Part shown: positions 11,308 through 22,966 of the stretch, piece after piece
Layout: every line of letters begins with the position of its first letter
How positions within the stretch are numbered: the stretch's first letter is position 1
From: Microthyrium microscopicum
Lineage: Eukaryota
DNA length: 64,000 nucleotides
Reading direction: 5' to 3'
Assembly: GCA_010405405.1 (NCBI GenBank)
Contig: MU004231.1
Coordinates: 1,619,784 to 1,683,783, forward strand
Translations under genes and position numbers: made by a program
Notes under the pieces: model-generated
Database searches by the model: none
Seen by the model: the letters and a program-made list of their open reading frames with translations, nothing else
Told to the model about the DNA's origin: nothing

Positions 11308-13632
11308 TTAGAATATAAAAGTGCTCGTAAATGCAATTGGACTGTCCGCATGCCTATCCGTTGACCACCAGTTTTTGAGCTCAGTGCACAAGAGCTGAGT
11401 GTCTGTTAGACCTACGTTTGTCAGGTGCTTGAGCCTATTCATAACAAATTCTTGATAGACCTTTTTTGTCGATCGCATACCGCCAATCGCAAGTGGGAAT
11501 AGTAACAAAGATGCTGTAACATTCTCTTCTGGAACTTCTGCACAGGCATCGAGAATATGCTCTACAGTTTCGGTGAGCTCGGTATCAGTATTTGGACACC
11601 GATCTTGAATGTCCGTAAGAAAAATCGCCCATGCACTCCAGAACACCGCTTCGTTGTACGAGTTCAAGTAGCGAGTCAGTGGAAGGTCATGTAGATGCTG
11701 TGGTATATTGCTGGAAGACTGGAGCTTGGATCGTTTTTTGAGAAGCGTAAGATGCCTTCTGAGGCGAACTTCTAGGCCATCCACTTCTGATTCAAAGGCT
11801 TTGACCCATTCTCCCTGGCTAAGGTTTGAATCTTGCACGCCTCGCTTCTTCCTTTTGACGAGCGTGCCTAAAGTATAGACAATACTCGCGATCGAGGCGG
11901 ACATGCCTGAAAACATGTCCAAGTCTCGAAAATGCACATGATCATGTGAATGCCCGCCATCTATTTCTCTGAGAGCGTCGCTGTTTCGATCATGAAACTC
12001 TAGTGCTGCACCAAGATAGTCCGGGGCATTGACTATGTTGGCTCGAGTACTAAACAGTATCGAGTTTTGCATAAATCCAAGCAGTTTAGCGAGATATAAA
12101 AATCCTTCATCTTCTGCCAAGGTTTTGAACAAGGTTTGACAGATAACAACTGCGTATTCGACGTATAAACTGAGTTTGGATCCATCTTTGTTCGCTATAA
12201 ATGCCATGCAGAAGACTAGAAACTGTTAGTTCAATATAACTTATGAGCAATGGTCTTTTCGGCGTGGAGCTATAAAACCTCCACGACATCCGATGGCAAC
12301 CACCCGCATTTCATCAGGAGCATCTTGTTTGAATACCATCAAATCAGCAATGCAGTTCTCGGAGGAATCTTACCAAGTACTATAGTTAAAGTCAATAGCA
12401 TCTGCGAGGTCCGATCTTCCGGTTCTCCCAAAGTTCTCGGCGTGAGGACATCGTCGTGTTCTAGTGCTTGCAAAATAGCCTCTGCTTTTGTTTCTAAAGA
12501 AGATGCATCTACTGCAAAGTCGTCTTTCTCGCTACGTCGGGAGATGATCTGAGCTAAATATAGAACTGCCGTCAAGAGCGCCGCACTTTTCTCACATTTA
12601 GGCACAAGGTACTTGAGAAATGGATTGTCCAGTCGATTGCCAAACGGAGTCAACGATGGGGCAATTTGAACAACAAACAAATCCCATAAAGATATTATAT
12701 ATCTCCGCTGAGCATCTTGTTCAACCATAACCTCATCGGAGGCAAGGATCTGATTTATCGTAGCCTGCAAAGCCTCGGATACAACTGAGCTGGCTTGTGC
12801 AGGAGAAAGCAATGAAGGCATATTTTCAAAATCTTGGAAGACCATCTCTGCATGATGGGCACCAGATGTCACCGAAGCTTGGAATGAAGGAGTTCCAGGA
12901 TCATATGTCGACCGTGTGTTGTCAAATTGGTTCAAGAATGCGCCGTAATAAGAGAGATCAAACTGGGATGGTGAAAATAGTATCGAAGGTAGATTTGCGT
13001 CAGTGGTCGAGTATGTATGTCCCATCGACTCTTGGTCGGGCGCTGGGCTGCTCACTACAGCATTTCGAGTTTCATTGCGCCCTGCGACGTCTGAGTCACT
13101 ACTTCTTGTCTGATAATCTGGGCCATCCCGCGTTCTTTTGTGAAGACTATCCCCTTGATTCATCAAGTCCGGACCGTCATTAATCTGAGATAGGGTCTGC
13201 GATTCTGGCCATGATGATGATGACGATGATGCTAGAGGGGGCGCAGAGTTCACCGAAGCTGATGCCGCGGCTGGCGTTGGAGAATTGATTGGAGATTCCG
13301 ATACCGTGGATGATTCTCGAGTTGCTGGATCCGCCGAACTTGCCGAGTTGGTTATCGTCGTTGGATGTGATGCTTTGAACGACTGATAAGAGTCTTGTAT
13401 AGTCTTGACTCGCCATCTAGCCTGCACAGAGGGCTCGCAGTCCTGATTGGTCTTTTGGCATCGCGAACACGTTGGATTTAGTTGATCGCACTAGTTTTAT
13501 GTTAGTCATGACGTTGCTAGCTGCATCGTTGTGCAGTGATGGCAATACTTTTCGCTTTGCTACCTGGCAAGGTTTGCAAGGTCCACGATTCCGTGAACTG
13601 GACTGGGTTTTACGAATGCCGCGAGTAGACAT
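11308..13632 (-). CDS. Zn(II)2Cys6 transcription factor with fungal-specific C-terminal domain
   Basis: CKPCQVAKRK|CDQLNPTCSRCQKTNQDC binuclear cluster split by an intron (~13495-13548), Ser/Pro-rich linker, and a C-terminal Fungal_trans_2-like region (LLFPLAIGG). Further introns at ~12215-12375. Confidence 0.88.
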
Positions 13633-14834
13633 TTCCAGATCTTCTAAAGGCCAAAAACAAGGTTATCACTTAGTAGCCTGCCCGCCTATGTAGTAATATC
13701 TGATACGACGATACCCGAATTGAGGTCATACAATGAAGCCGGACGTCCCATCTAAGTTCTAACCCTGTACGGTAGGGGAGGTACTAGCTGCAGATCAAGC
13801 CAAAATCAAGCTTCCACAGCTTTCGTATCAGAGTTTAGGAAAGAGCTACTATACGGTACGCGCTCCGGAGGTACTGCCCCACAACATTAAATTCACATGC
13901 CTCCCTTTCTACTTTTATGAATCTCAGGTTATAACTCCAAAAATGACCGCGGGAAATAATGATCCTTGAATTGCGTACAATGCAAGTGTTTCATTCTGGC
14001 GCCTTACACATCTAGCAATTCCAGTGATGCTCAATTGAGTCGAAATTATAAAAGCACCGAGCAAGAAGACAAGAGGATTGGAGCAGACCAGATTCTCTCA
14101 ACTACGGTATCTCTAGGGCGCAGTCACGACTCACTTACTTTAAACTCAAGTCATACCAGTACCTGTAACCTGAGAACTTAGAAGCCGGCGCCCAAGTACG
14201 GAAGTAGTTAAAGTTAATATTTCGTTGCCTACAGGGGAGTCATTAACTGTCGTCTGATTACACGGGAAGAGACGGAAAGGATATCAATGCTGCAGTGTAG
14301 CTGTAGTCTTTTCCTCAGTTGGTAGTTCTCACTCATTGTAGGGAGCATCGTCGCATAAACCGACACTAGAAATTTACTCCATGAAAGCCCTGAAGCCGAA
14401 GTCTTCCTGTCATTTTGTTTGCCCACAATTCGAATACAGCACCTCTCCACACATTTGAAGCAAGCAGATTAACTGCTTAGGAGGCACTTATTTAGTACCT
14501 AGGTAGGTACCTAAGTAGGTAGATAAATCATAAGTAGACGGTCACTTAGTGTAAATAGTCTAGTTGAAATTCTAATAAAGGCTATGTGCGGGATTTCCCA
14601 CGCCCTGCAAGCTGCATTTGTGCGGTATTGTTACCTATTCTGGTTAGTTTGTACATTTCCAGCAAGTTTCGATACTTCCGTCTTCTGAGTTCAACGAAAT
14701 GTTAACAAGAGTTCTTTGTTATTGAAGAGCATTTTGCATTTGCAGAGATACACGTTTTCTTCGACGGGGGGATTCCTCCACTCGGTCTTCATACTCTACT
14801 TCTTTTCTTCAAGTCTAACTGCTCCAGTAATACA

Positions 14835-16813
14835 ATGTCGCACTCATCTATAGATCGTAAAAGAAAACCTATTACTGGCGAAGCCAATGTTGTAGTATCC
14901 GAAACCACACAACTACTCCCACCGCTTCTTTTTAACTCTGGTCTATCTCTCAGAAGCGAGCTTGTTGCATTACTCCAGGCCACGATTCCGGTAAACACAG
15001 TATCTTCACTTTGCCTACTTAACGGAACAACTGATTTGTCTAGATATCACTTGGTTATCTCCTTCAGAACTCTTTGCAATTGGCAAGCATTATGATAATT
15101 GGGCGACTTGTATGTGATCATGCTCCGAAGCGAGACCTCACTAACACGAAATTAGGGCCCGTTGCAGTTGTCTATTGCAGCATCTGGGTACATGATCGCG
15201 ACTTGTACGGGGTGGCTTCTTGCCGTTGGCGGTACCACTGCTCTTGGTAGACAATTTACTTTCATTTTGTGCCTCACGTCAGTTTTACTAACAGAAGAGA
15301 ACAGATGCTCTTGGCTCCCGTTCTTTTACGAACAAGCCTGATAACCTTGGTCACATCGGTATTCTCTTGCAGAGATGCTTACTCGTGATCACCGTTCTAT
15401 ATCTTCCAGTCGCATTGCTTTGGTGCTTTGTCGGCCCAATACTTACTCTTTGTGGCCAGTCCACCGAGTTGGCCTATGGCACACAAACCTTTATGCGCCA
15501 CCTGGTGCCATTTGGTCCAGGCTACCTCTATTTTGAGACCTTGAAGAAGTTTTTGCAGTGCCAAAGTAAGTTGTGGCTCAGATGGGCAATGATATGACTG
15601 GCTCATGTAGTTGTGACAGATATACAAACCCCAGGAACTGCAATTCTGTTTGTGGTCGCGGTAATACATGTCCCATTATGCTGGTTCATCGTACATACTT
15701 TGGACTTTGGCCTGCTTGGCGGTGTTGTGGCTACAGGATCTATGTATTGGCTCGCTTGCTTTTTGATATTTGCATACATATGCTTTGTCGACGGTAGTCA
15801 AGCATGGATGAAACCCTCTCGCGAAGCTTTACGCGATATAGGATCATTCGCAAGATTAGTGGGCTGGGGCTTAGTTATGGTTGGCGCTGAATGGTAAGGT
15901 ACCCTTAATTGTGAAGAACCATGCTGATGATTATCCTCCAGGTGGGCATTTGAACTTATCGCCATTGCCGCAGGAGCTATGGGTAGCTTGCCCATGGCAG
16001 CACAGTCCATTATGATGACTGTAGACTCAATATTTGCACTGATACCATTCGGGTACTGAATGATCTGAAATCTGATAATGTTTAAGCACTGACGGAGAGA
16101 TAGGTTAGGGGTTGCCTCTACGAACCGCGTGGCCAATCTGATGGGACACAATCGAATCGAACAAGCTCGTCTTGCTGCTCGGGCAGCTTCTTGTCTTGCC
16201 ATTGCCAATGGATGTCTTACAATGACGGTTATTATGCTACTACGTAGACCAATTTCTCGTGTGTTTTCGGTAATGTAGGCCCCGATATTCAGCTAATGAT
16301 TTTGTTCTGACACTCATTCAGGATAACAGCGAAGTAGTGGCATTAGCTGCTGCAGTTTTTCCTTGGGGGGCAGCATTCCAAGTGGTCGACAGTCTGCAAG
16401 CCGCAAACTCGGGATGCTTACGTGCTCTAGGCAGAGCAGATATTGGTGCCACAGTTAATATAGTTGCATACTATGGTTCGTTAAAACCTCTCGATCCATT
16501 GGTAGCCACTGGAAAGGTGTTCAAAACTAAGCGTGTCATCAATAGTCTTTGCAATTCCAGTTGGAATAATAACAGGATTCTACCTGGAACTTGGGCTTCA
16601 TGGCCTATGGCTTGGGGTAAGTACCTGTACAAGGCACCGTTTTTACTCCGCGAAATCTGCTACTCATGACTCTATACTAAATTTTGATAGCTTGCTTCTG
16701 CATTGGCTATCGTTGGAATAGGGGAGTTTCTTCTTGTCAATCTTGTCCCATGGGAGAAATTTGTTTACTTCGATAGAGTAGAAAACACACTTGAAGTTGA
16801 AATTGTCGTCTGA
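14835..16813 (+). CDS. MATE-family efflux transporter (about 9 introns)
   Basis: Spliced fragments GGTTALDALG, G.LLQR, FETLKKFLQCQ, GAEWWAFE, STNRVANLMG, SGCLRALGR, VNIVAYY and GLHGLWLG are typical MATE motifs. GT-AG introns with branch sites. Confidence 0.88.
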
Positions 16814-17597
16814 ATAGGCATTTTCATGGATCTTATTTGTTTTTCCGCAGTTTGTTTGCTCACTCGTGGGATGTTTCGGGCATGATGCTGTAAAGAGAAA
16901 GTCATGTTTGAGTTATTCGGGCAGACGTGGCCTGGAGAAGTAAAAACTTCTAATATGATTATTTGTGTATTAACACTTTCTTTGCATATCAGTACGGTGT
17001 ATCGTAACTTGGAAGGTAAATTTTGGATGTAGTGATATTCATTCTTCTATCCTGGTGTGATGGATTTCCAATAACCGCAAAAGCCATGTGCAATTCGACT
17101 CCAGCATCCGATGAGCAGAACTCCCACAGGCTTCACCGTGTGTCAAAAACTACCCTAGAGAGCACAAGTTAAGTGAAGTCGTAAGGCTACGCTAAGCTCA
17201 ATTTGGTGCTATATCCATGCGGTGGATATACTGCCGAACTGGGAACGTCAATTGCACTACTCCCCTGATTATTACGCTTGCTGAGCTTCATTGTCAAAAC
17301 TAGCGGGAATTTGACGGAGGTGCGAGTTGTAAGCCTGACAGGGACGATAACGCAAGACAATCAACCTATCAATCACGCTCAAAGTATCTTAGTTGTTATC
17401 AAACCCAGTTGCATTGGATCACTTCCTGTTTCCCTGTGAGCGTTGCGTGGGCGATATAAACAATGTCATCTGCAGATCTGCAAATGTTTATAGTTCCGCT
17501 GAAGCTCGACTTGCCTTGTTGTCAAGTACATCCTTCTCTTTGATAACTTCAACGGTCTTGTAGTGTGGACAATTACCTGCCTCCAGCCGACCCTGAG

Positions 17598-19448
17598 ATG
17601 ATCGAAGCAAGAGAAAAATATGGGCCGATCACCCTAGGTCTCTTTGCAATTGTATTGACTGGGTGAGTACCAAACATTGCATAACAGACTAAATTTATGA
17701 CTGATGGGATATCTACTTAGTGTATGGGCATTCGCTTCGGGAACGCTTGGGATTGGCCTTTCTTCAGGCGGCTTTCCAGTCCTGATATATGGCTCTCTAG
17801 TGGTGGGATTCTGCACCTCTGTGATTGCATTATGCCTTGCTCAATACGGCTCAGCCCATCCCCATGAGGCTGGCTGTACCTTGATTGCAACCAAACTTGG
17901 TGGCCCTGAATGGGGACGGCTCTGTGTACGTTTTACTGCCTGCTATCTCATCAATCACATCTTTAACCTCGTACAGGGCTTTTATACTGGGGGCTTCCAT
18001 ACTCTAGCTGTCATATGTACCCCTGCTGCCAACATACTTGTTGCTTGTCAGCTAGTCGCAACACTCGGAACGATCATGCATCCAGATTGGATTCCACATC
18101 GGTGGCAGATCTGGCTCATTTTCCAAGCCCTCAACATCTTCTACGTTGTAGCGATCAAATTTGGATTCAGATACATGAACTGGGTGACAAACATTGCTGG
18201 TGAGTCCTTTCTTGGACGAGCATGTCTCGGCGTTTGCTAACAGGTTCTTAGCCGCATTTCTTCTTATAACCTTTCTTGCCTTGTTGGGAGTACTTGGTAA
18301 AAGCTCTACAGGTGCAGCATCCAATGAGTAAGTCAAACCTCCTTGTATGCAAACTCATGACGAACTAACGTATTTGAGCTTCGTGTGGAAAAATGTTGTA
18401 AATGAAACAGGCTGGTCCACGACAATTGGCGTATTGATTGGAATCAGCAACATTATGTACATCTATGGTCCGCCTCATTGGCTTTTGAATATGGCCGAAG
18501 ATGTGAAAAATCCCAGTCGTTCACTTCCAATTGCAATCAGCATCCAACAGGTCGGGAACATTTTTACGTTAGTGTTTTGGGCAACTGAAGATGTGTATTG
18601 AAGTACTAATGGACCAGTCTTTTTGCATTTTATGTTGCTGGAGGCTACGCCATCACCGACTGGAGCGCTCTCCTCACAACCACGTATCCGGCGCCTGCTG
18701 GAGCCTTGTTTGAACAAGCAACTAAATCGCAAGGAGGAGCATTTGCACTTTTGTTTTGCGTCGTTCTCCCAACCTTGATTGGGACCATGTCCTACATCAG
18801 TGCCAATCTTCGCCTTGTGCATGGATTTGCGGCAACTGGAGCCTGTGAGGATGGCCCCATTTCGTTGAAAGAAATATCGCTGACCATTGATTAGTGCCCT
18901 ATCAAGATTGGCTGTTAAGAATGGATCCTCAGGGAGAAGTTCCTACCAACTTGCTTTATCTGGTTGCAATTGTCAACTTTCTCCTAAGCTGCATTTATCT
19001 TGGAAGTTACGTTGGCTTCACAATCATCCTTTCATCGGCCAATCTCCTCTACGCTCTGGGATTCTTTCCCATTTTTTTGGCCTTCATTCTTACTAAAGGC
19101 CGCTATCTAGGCAGAAATGGGTGGTTCAAGATGCCAATCTGGCTGGGCATGTCTTGTGCTCTCTTCTCCGTCGTTTACCTGGTATTGACGGTCATCATTT
19201 ATTGTCTGCCGCCATTGTATCCTGTTACGATAGAGAACATGAACTGGTCTTGTGTTTTCGGCATCTTTGGCATGATTTTCCTGAGCGTCATTTGGAAAGC
19301 TTATGCGAAAACCAGATATGTTGGCTACCCTGATCTACTAGAGGGAGCGGGAACTGAGCCCGAAAACCATCACGCTATAATTGAAGAAGATCTGAAGCAC
19401 AGTGGTAACAAGGGTCCTGACGAAAGAGCTTGGGAAAAGACAAGCTAA
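17598..19448 (+). CDS. APC-superfamily amino acid/amine permease (choline/GABA/polyamine transporter-like); start uncertain (alternative ATG at 17463)
   Basis: Multi-TM exons: GG..LIYG, P.EAG, VNETGWS, MAEDVKNPSRSLP, LPP.YPVT.ENMNW. About 6 introns. Confidence 0.87.
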
Positions 19449-20238
19449 GGTTAGATTTACTAGTCAATCTCAGTATGTGTTGCAGACATCTTGATCATTC
19501 GATCAGGTCACCATCTATACCTCCCAACCTGGTTGCCGACATAAAAGTTTGATCTGTGTGTGAAATATAAATTCAAGATTATGCCTTGAGGTGCTGGAGG
19601 TGCCGTAGCTGCAGGGATAGTCTAAAAGAATTTGAAAATGTTTAAAAAACCCCATTTGGTGGCGGCAAATAACTCATTGATACCGGTATGAAGTCAGTGT
19701 CCAACGCACAACGCTTATGTTCGTATCGAAAAAGATGACAGGTACCTGAATAGTGTTTGAACTATCGCCTGAGCTTGAGATTATAACACGAACTTGCTCC
19801 AGCCATCCTTGACATCCAAACCATTGTGTTCACCACTCTTGGCGGTCCCGGTATAGGCATCCAGACAGTTAACGGAGGCAACTTGTGATTGAGGAAAGTG
19901 CTTTTAGTATCGTGTGGAGCACTAGAGGTTCTTTCTTTCGTCGCCAGTACCTAGTACGTATTTCCTATACTCCCCGTCGCCCGCTATGGTAGGTATCTTA
20001 GAGCAGTATGTACTAGGATGATTAGTGCGATACCTACCCCAAGCAAGAAGAATGAGTGTAAAAGGAGTGGGTGTAAGCTAGACCTATCTGGGTAATATAT
20101 GCGCCGGGAGGAGGCAATTGGAGCGCTGCGGCTTGCCACTATTCCAGAGTCTACACTTCAATAATAGATGTGCTCATCAACTTCTAAAAGAATAGTGTTG
20201 CAACATTTTATTCTGAGATGCGATATTATACCAACAAT

Positions 20239-21564
20239 ATGACTGCTTACGTTTTGTGCAAGAGCCCTTTGATCGCCATCTTGGTCTTCGCCATAGTCGC
20301 CTGTTGTTTTCAACAGCCTGTTGTGCTTCCGAAAAATCAAAATTTTATTGAGCGATCCATTTTCAGATTTCAGCCGGATATCTTTTCTATACTTTCACAA
20401 CCAGAGCAGCATGCTTATGACGATTTCACGGAGGACATTCCATACGAGGGGATTGCTTATTTCGCGCATCTCAATGGCACCAATTGTTTCTCGCCGGCTA
20501 GCGATGGAGAGTTTGACATAGGCATTGTGGGTGCGCCTTTTGACCTTGGCGTAACTTATCGTCCAGGTGCAAGATTCGGACCTGCCGGAACTCGAATGGG
20601 TTCCAGAAGACTATCGCCATCAATGGCATACAGGTAGGCTGCGAGACCTCCAGTGCATTGGCTAAAGCTAAGTCGAGGCGTAGTATGGACCATATTGTGA
20701 ACAAAAGTTCGATCAATCCATTTAAGGACTGGGCTACAGTAGTTGATTGCGGCGACATCAAGAACACGCCTTTTGACAAGCTGCAAGCAATACATGAGTT
20801 ACAGAAAGGCTGGGAGGCAATCGCTAGCCGCAAAGTCAGAAACGCAAAAAAAGCTCAATCACCACGCATCATTAGCATTGGCGGTGACCATACCATAAGT
20901 CTGCCCGCAATCCGTGCTCTCCATGAAACATGGGGGCGGGTAAGTGTTCTACACTTTGATTCTCACCTCGATTCTTGGGACCCAAAACAGCTTGGAGGTG
21001 GACATTCAAAGTACTCACAGATCTCGCACGGCTCGATGTTCCATTTATTGCACGAAGAGGGCCTCTTGGCTGATAAGAATATGCACCTTGGCTCGAGATC
21101 TATGCTTTTCCAGAGTAATTTCGACCTCGACCACGACGCAGCCTGCGGTTTCTCCTATATCCGTGCAAGAGAGATTGACATTATCGGGGTGAAAGGAGTT
21201 GTCGACAAGATCGTGAAGACGGTCGGGGACAAGTTTGTTTATTTGAGCATAGATATCGATGTGTTAGACCCAGGTAAGTCTCAAACTTCACTCTCATTCT
21301 GATAGAGAAGACTGTCGCTAATCGAAGACTCATCTAGCGTTCGCTCCTGCCACTGGCACCATCGAGCCTGGTGGATGGACTACTAGAGAGCTTTTGCGGA
21401 TTTTGGATGGTCTGTCGAAAGCAGGGCTCAAAATAGTCGGCTCAGATGTGGTAGAGTTTACTCCTGTCTATGACAACAACGCAGAAACCACTGCCATTGC
21501 TGTCACGGAGATAATCTACGAGATTCTCCAGTGGATGATCAGAGTGCCGGTTTCTCGGGGCTAG
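20239..21564 (+). CDS. Ureohydrolase (agmatinase/guanidinobutyrase family) with N-terminal signal peptide
   Basis: GAPFD...YRPGARFGP, GGDH, HFDSHLD, SIDIDVLDP and APATGT.EPGG motifs. Introns ~20634-20682 and ~21273-21337. Hydrophobic N-terminus LIAILVFAIVACC. Confidence 0.93.
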
Positions 21565-21717
21565 AGCCACAACACTTATCCCTAGAATGTCACTTCAAGA
21601 TCTTAATATCGAAATCAAACCTTTATGGGGCAAAACATTTACGCCAGCGGCGATCGCCATAGACATGATGGCCTTGAAGACAACTTTAGAACCCGGCACG
21701 ATTAGAAACTACTTCTT

Positions 21718-22474
21718 TCAATTTGGCTTGACATGAACGAGAGCTCGAACAATATATAGATCACCGAAGACATTGACAAGTTCACCTTCAGTAGATGACC
21801 CCTCCCAAGCAAATTCTTCCTGGCCCAGGTTCCTCGCCAGAGTCTTTAGCTCTCCGAGCGCTGAATTGTGCCCCGTCTCCTGTTTAATGATCCATTTCAT
21901 TTCCACGCCTTTCCATACCTCACGTCTTGCACAAAAGCCATACATGCCGCCTGGTCCTTTGGTCCCGGATCGCATGGCCTGAAATATACCTCCTGCTTTG
22001 CCAATGAATGTCCTTCCATCTTCACTCTGCAAAATCCAAGCATAAGGGAATTCTGTAGAGAACGGTATAGACAAGGCACGCCAAGCCTCCTCGAATTTGG
22101 TGACGATACCAGTTTCAGGATGCGGTGCAGTGCCTGTCTCCAGGAAATCACCCACAGGATCTACTGGCAGGCTCCCAATGTCTGGCTCTGTGTAACCTTG
22201 AGAATCAATATCATGTGTCCATTGATACGTTACTATGTGATGGGTTAGTAGTGCATTCACAAATAAGATATTATCTCGAAAAATTACCGTGGCTCTCGCT
22301 GATGTTCAATATTTTTTCTTCACCAGCAAAACCCCATTCCAGAGCGCCCGTGTCAAGTTTGATTCTGAGGTCTATAAACCAGCTACCGACGCTCATAACC
22401 AGAGTATCCGTAGTTTCTGAAGCAGGCTCTGGCAGCCAACGAAAGCTCCGACGTTGCGTGAGACGAACAGACAT
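21718..22474 (-). CDS. HRI1-family protein (beta-rich, function unknown)
   Basis: R.S.RWLPEPASETTDTLV, FIDLRI, EWGFAG, WTHDIDS, D.G, LETG...PETG....FEE.W match my recollection of the HRI1 family. Intron 22233-22287. Confidence 0.75.
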
Positions 22475-22966
22475 GACTGAAGAAGCGTGAGGTTGTTACA
22501 CACCCAGTGTACGGTAAACAGATATGATGGATGAATTGAAACGGTTTGAATTATCAGAGTTACCCATGATCTCATATGTTTTGCTTCTAGCCTTTTCATC
22601 GCATTCCATATTCTAGATCGTGCGGCAATTTGCCTACTTGTGGCCTAGGCCTACTGACATCACCAGTAATTCACCACAAGCCAGGAACATAATTGTAGGC
22701 TCGTATCTGTGCGGTTAGGATCTCCCATAAGATTGAATAAATGAAAATTTGGTATTTTTATTCTGGTGGTAAATAGACCTGATCCGTATTAGCTTGGTCG
22801 ATGATATGGTTGTTGCTTGGTGACCATACTTACCTCTTATATCCAGGAAGTATTGTGTCCTTTGCGAGAAAGAAGTAAGAACTATTTTGCTTGAAATTGA
22901 ATTTGCGATTTACCCCGATCTTTTGTAAGGTTAATTAACCTAACTCGTATCACCTAGTCCCGCAGC

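Noticed and set aside
14493..14525. TAGGTAC/GTACCTA quasi-palindromic run in the TF/MATE intergenic region
   Set aside because: Short low-complexity motif common in fungal intergenic DNA; no specific function supportable.
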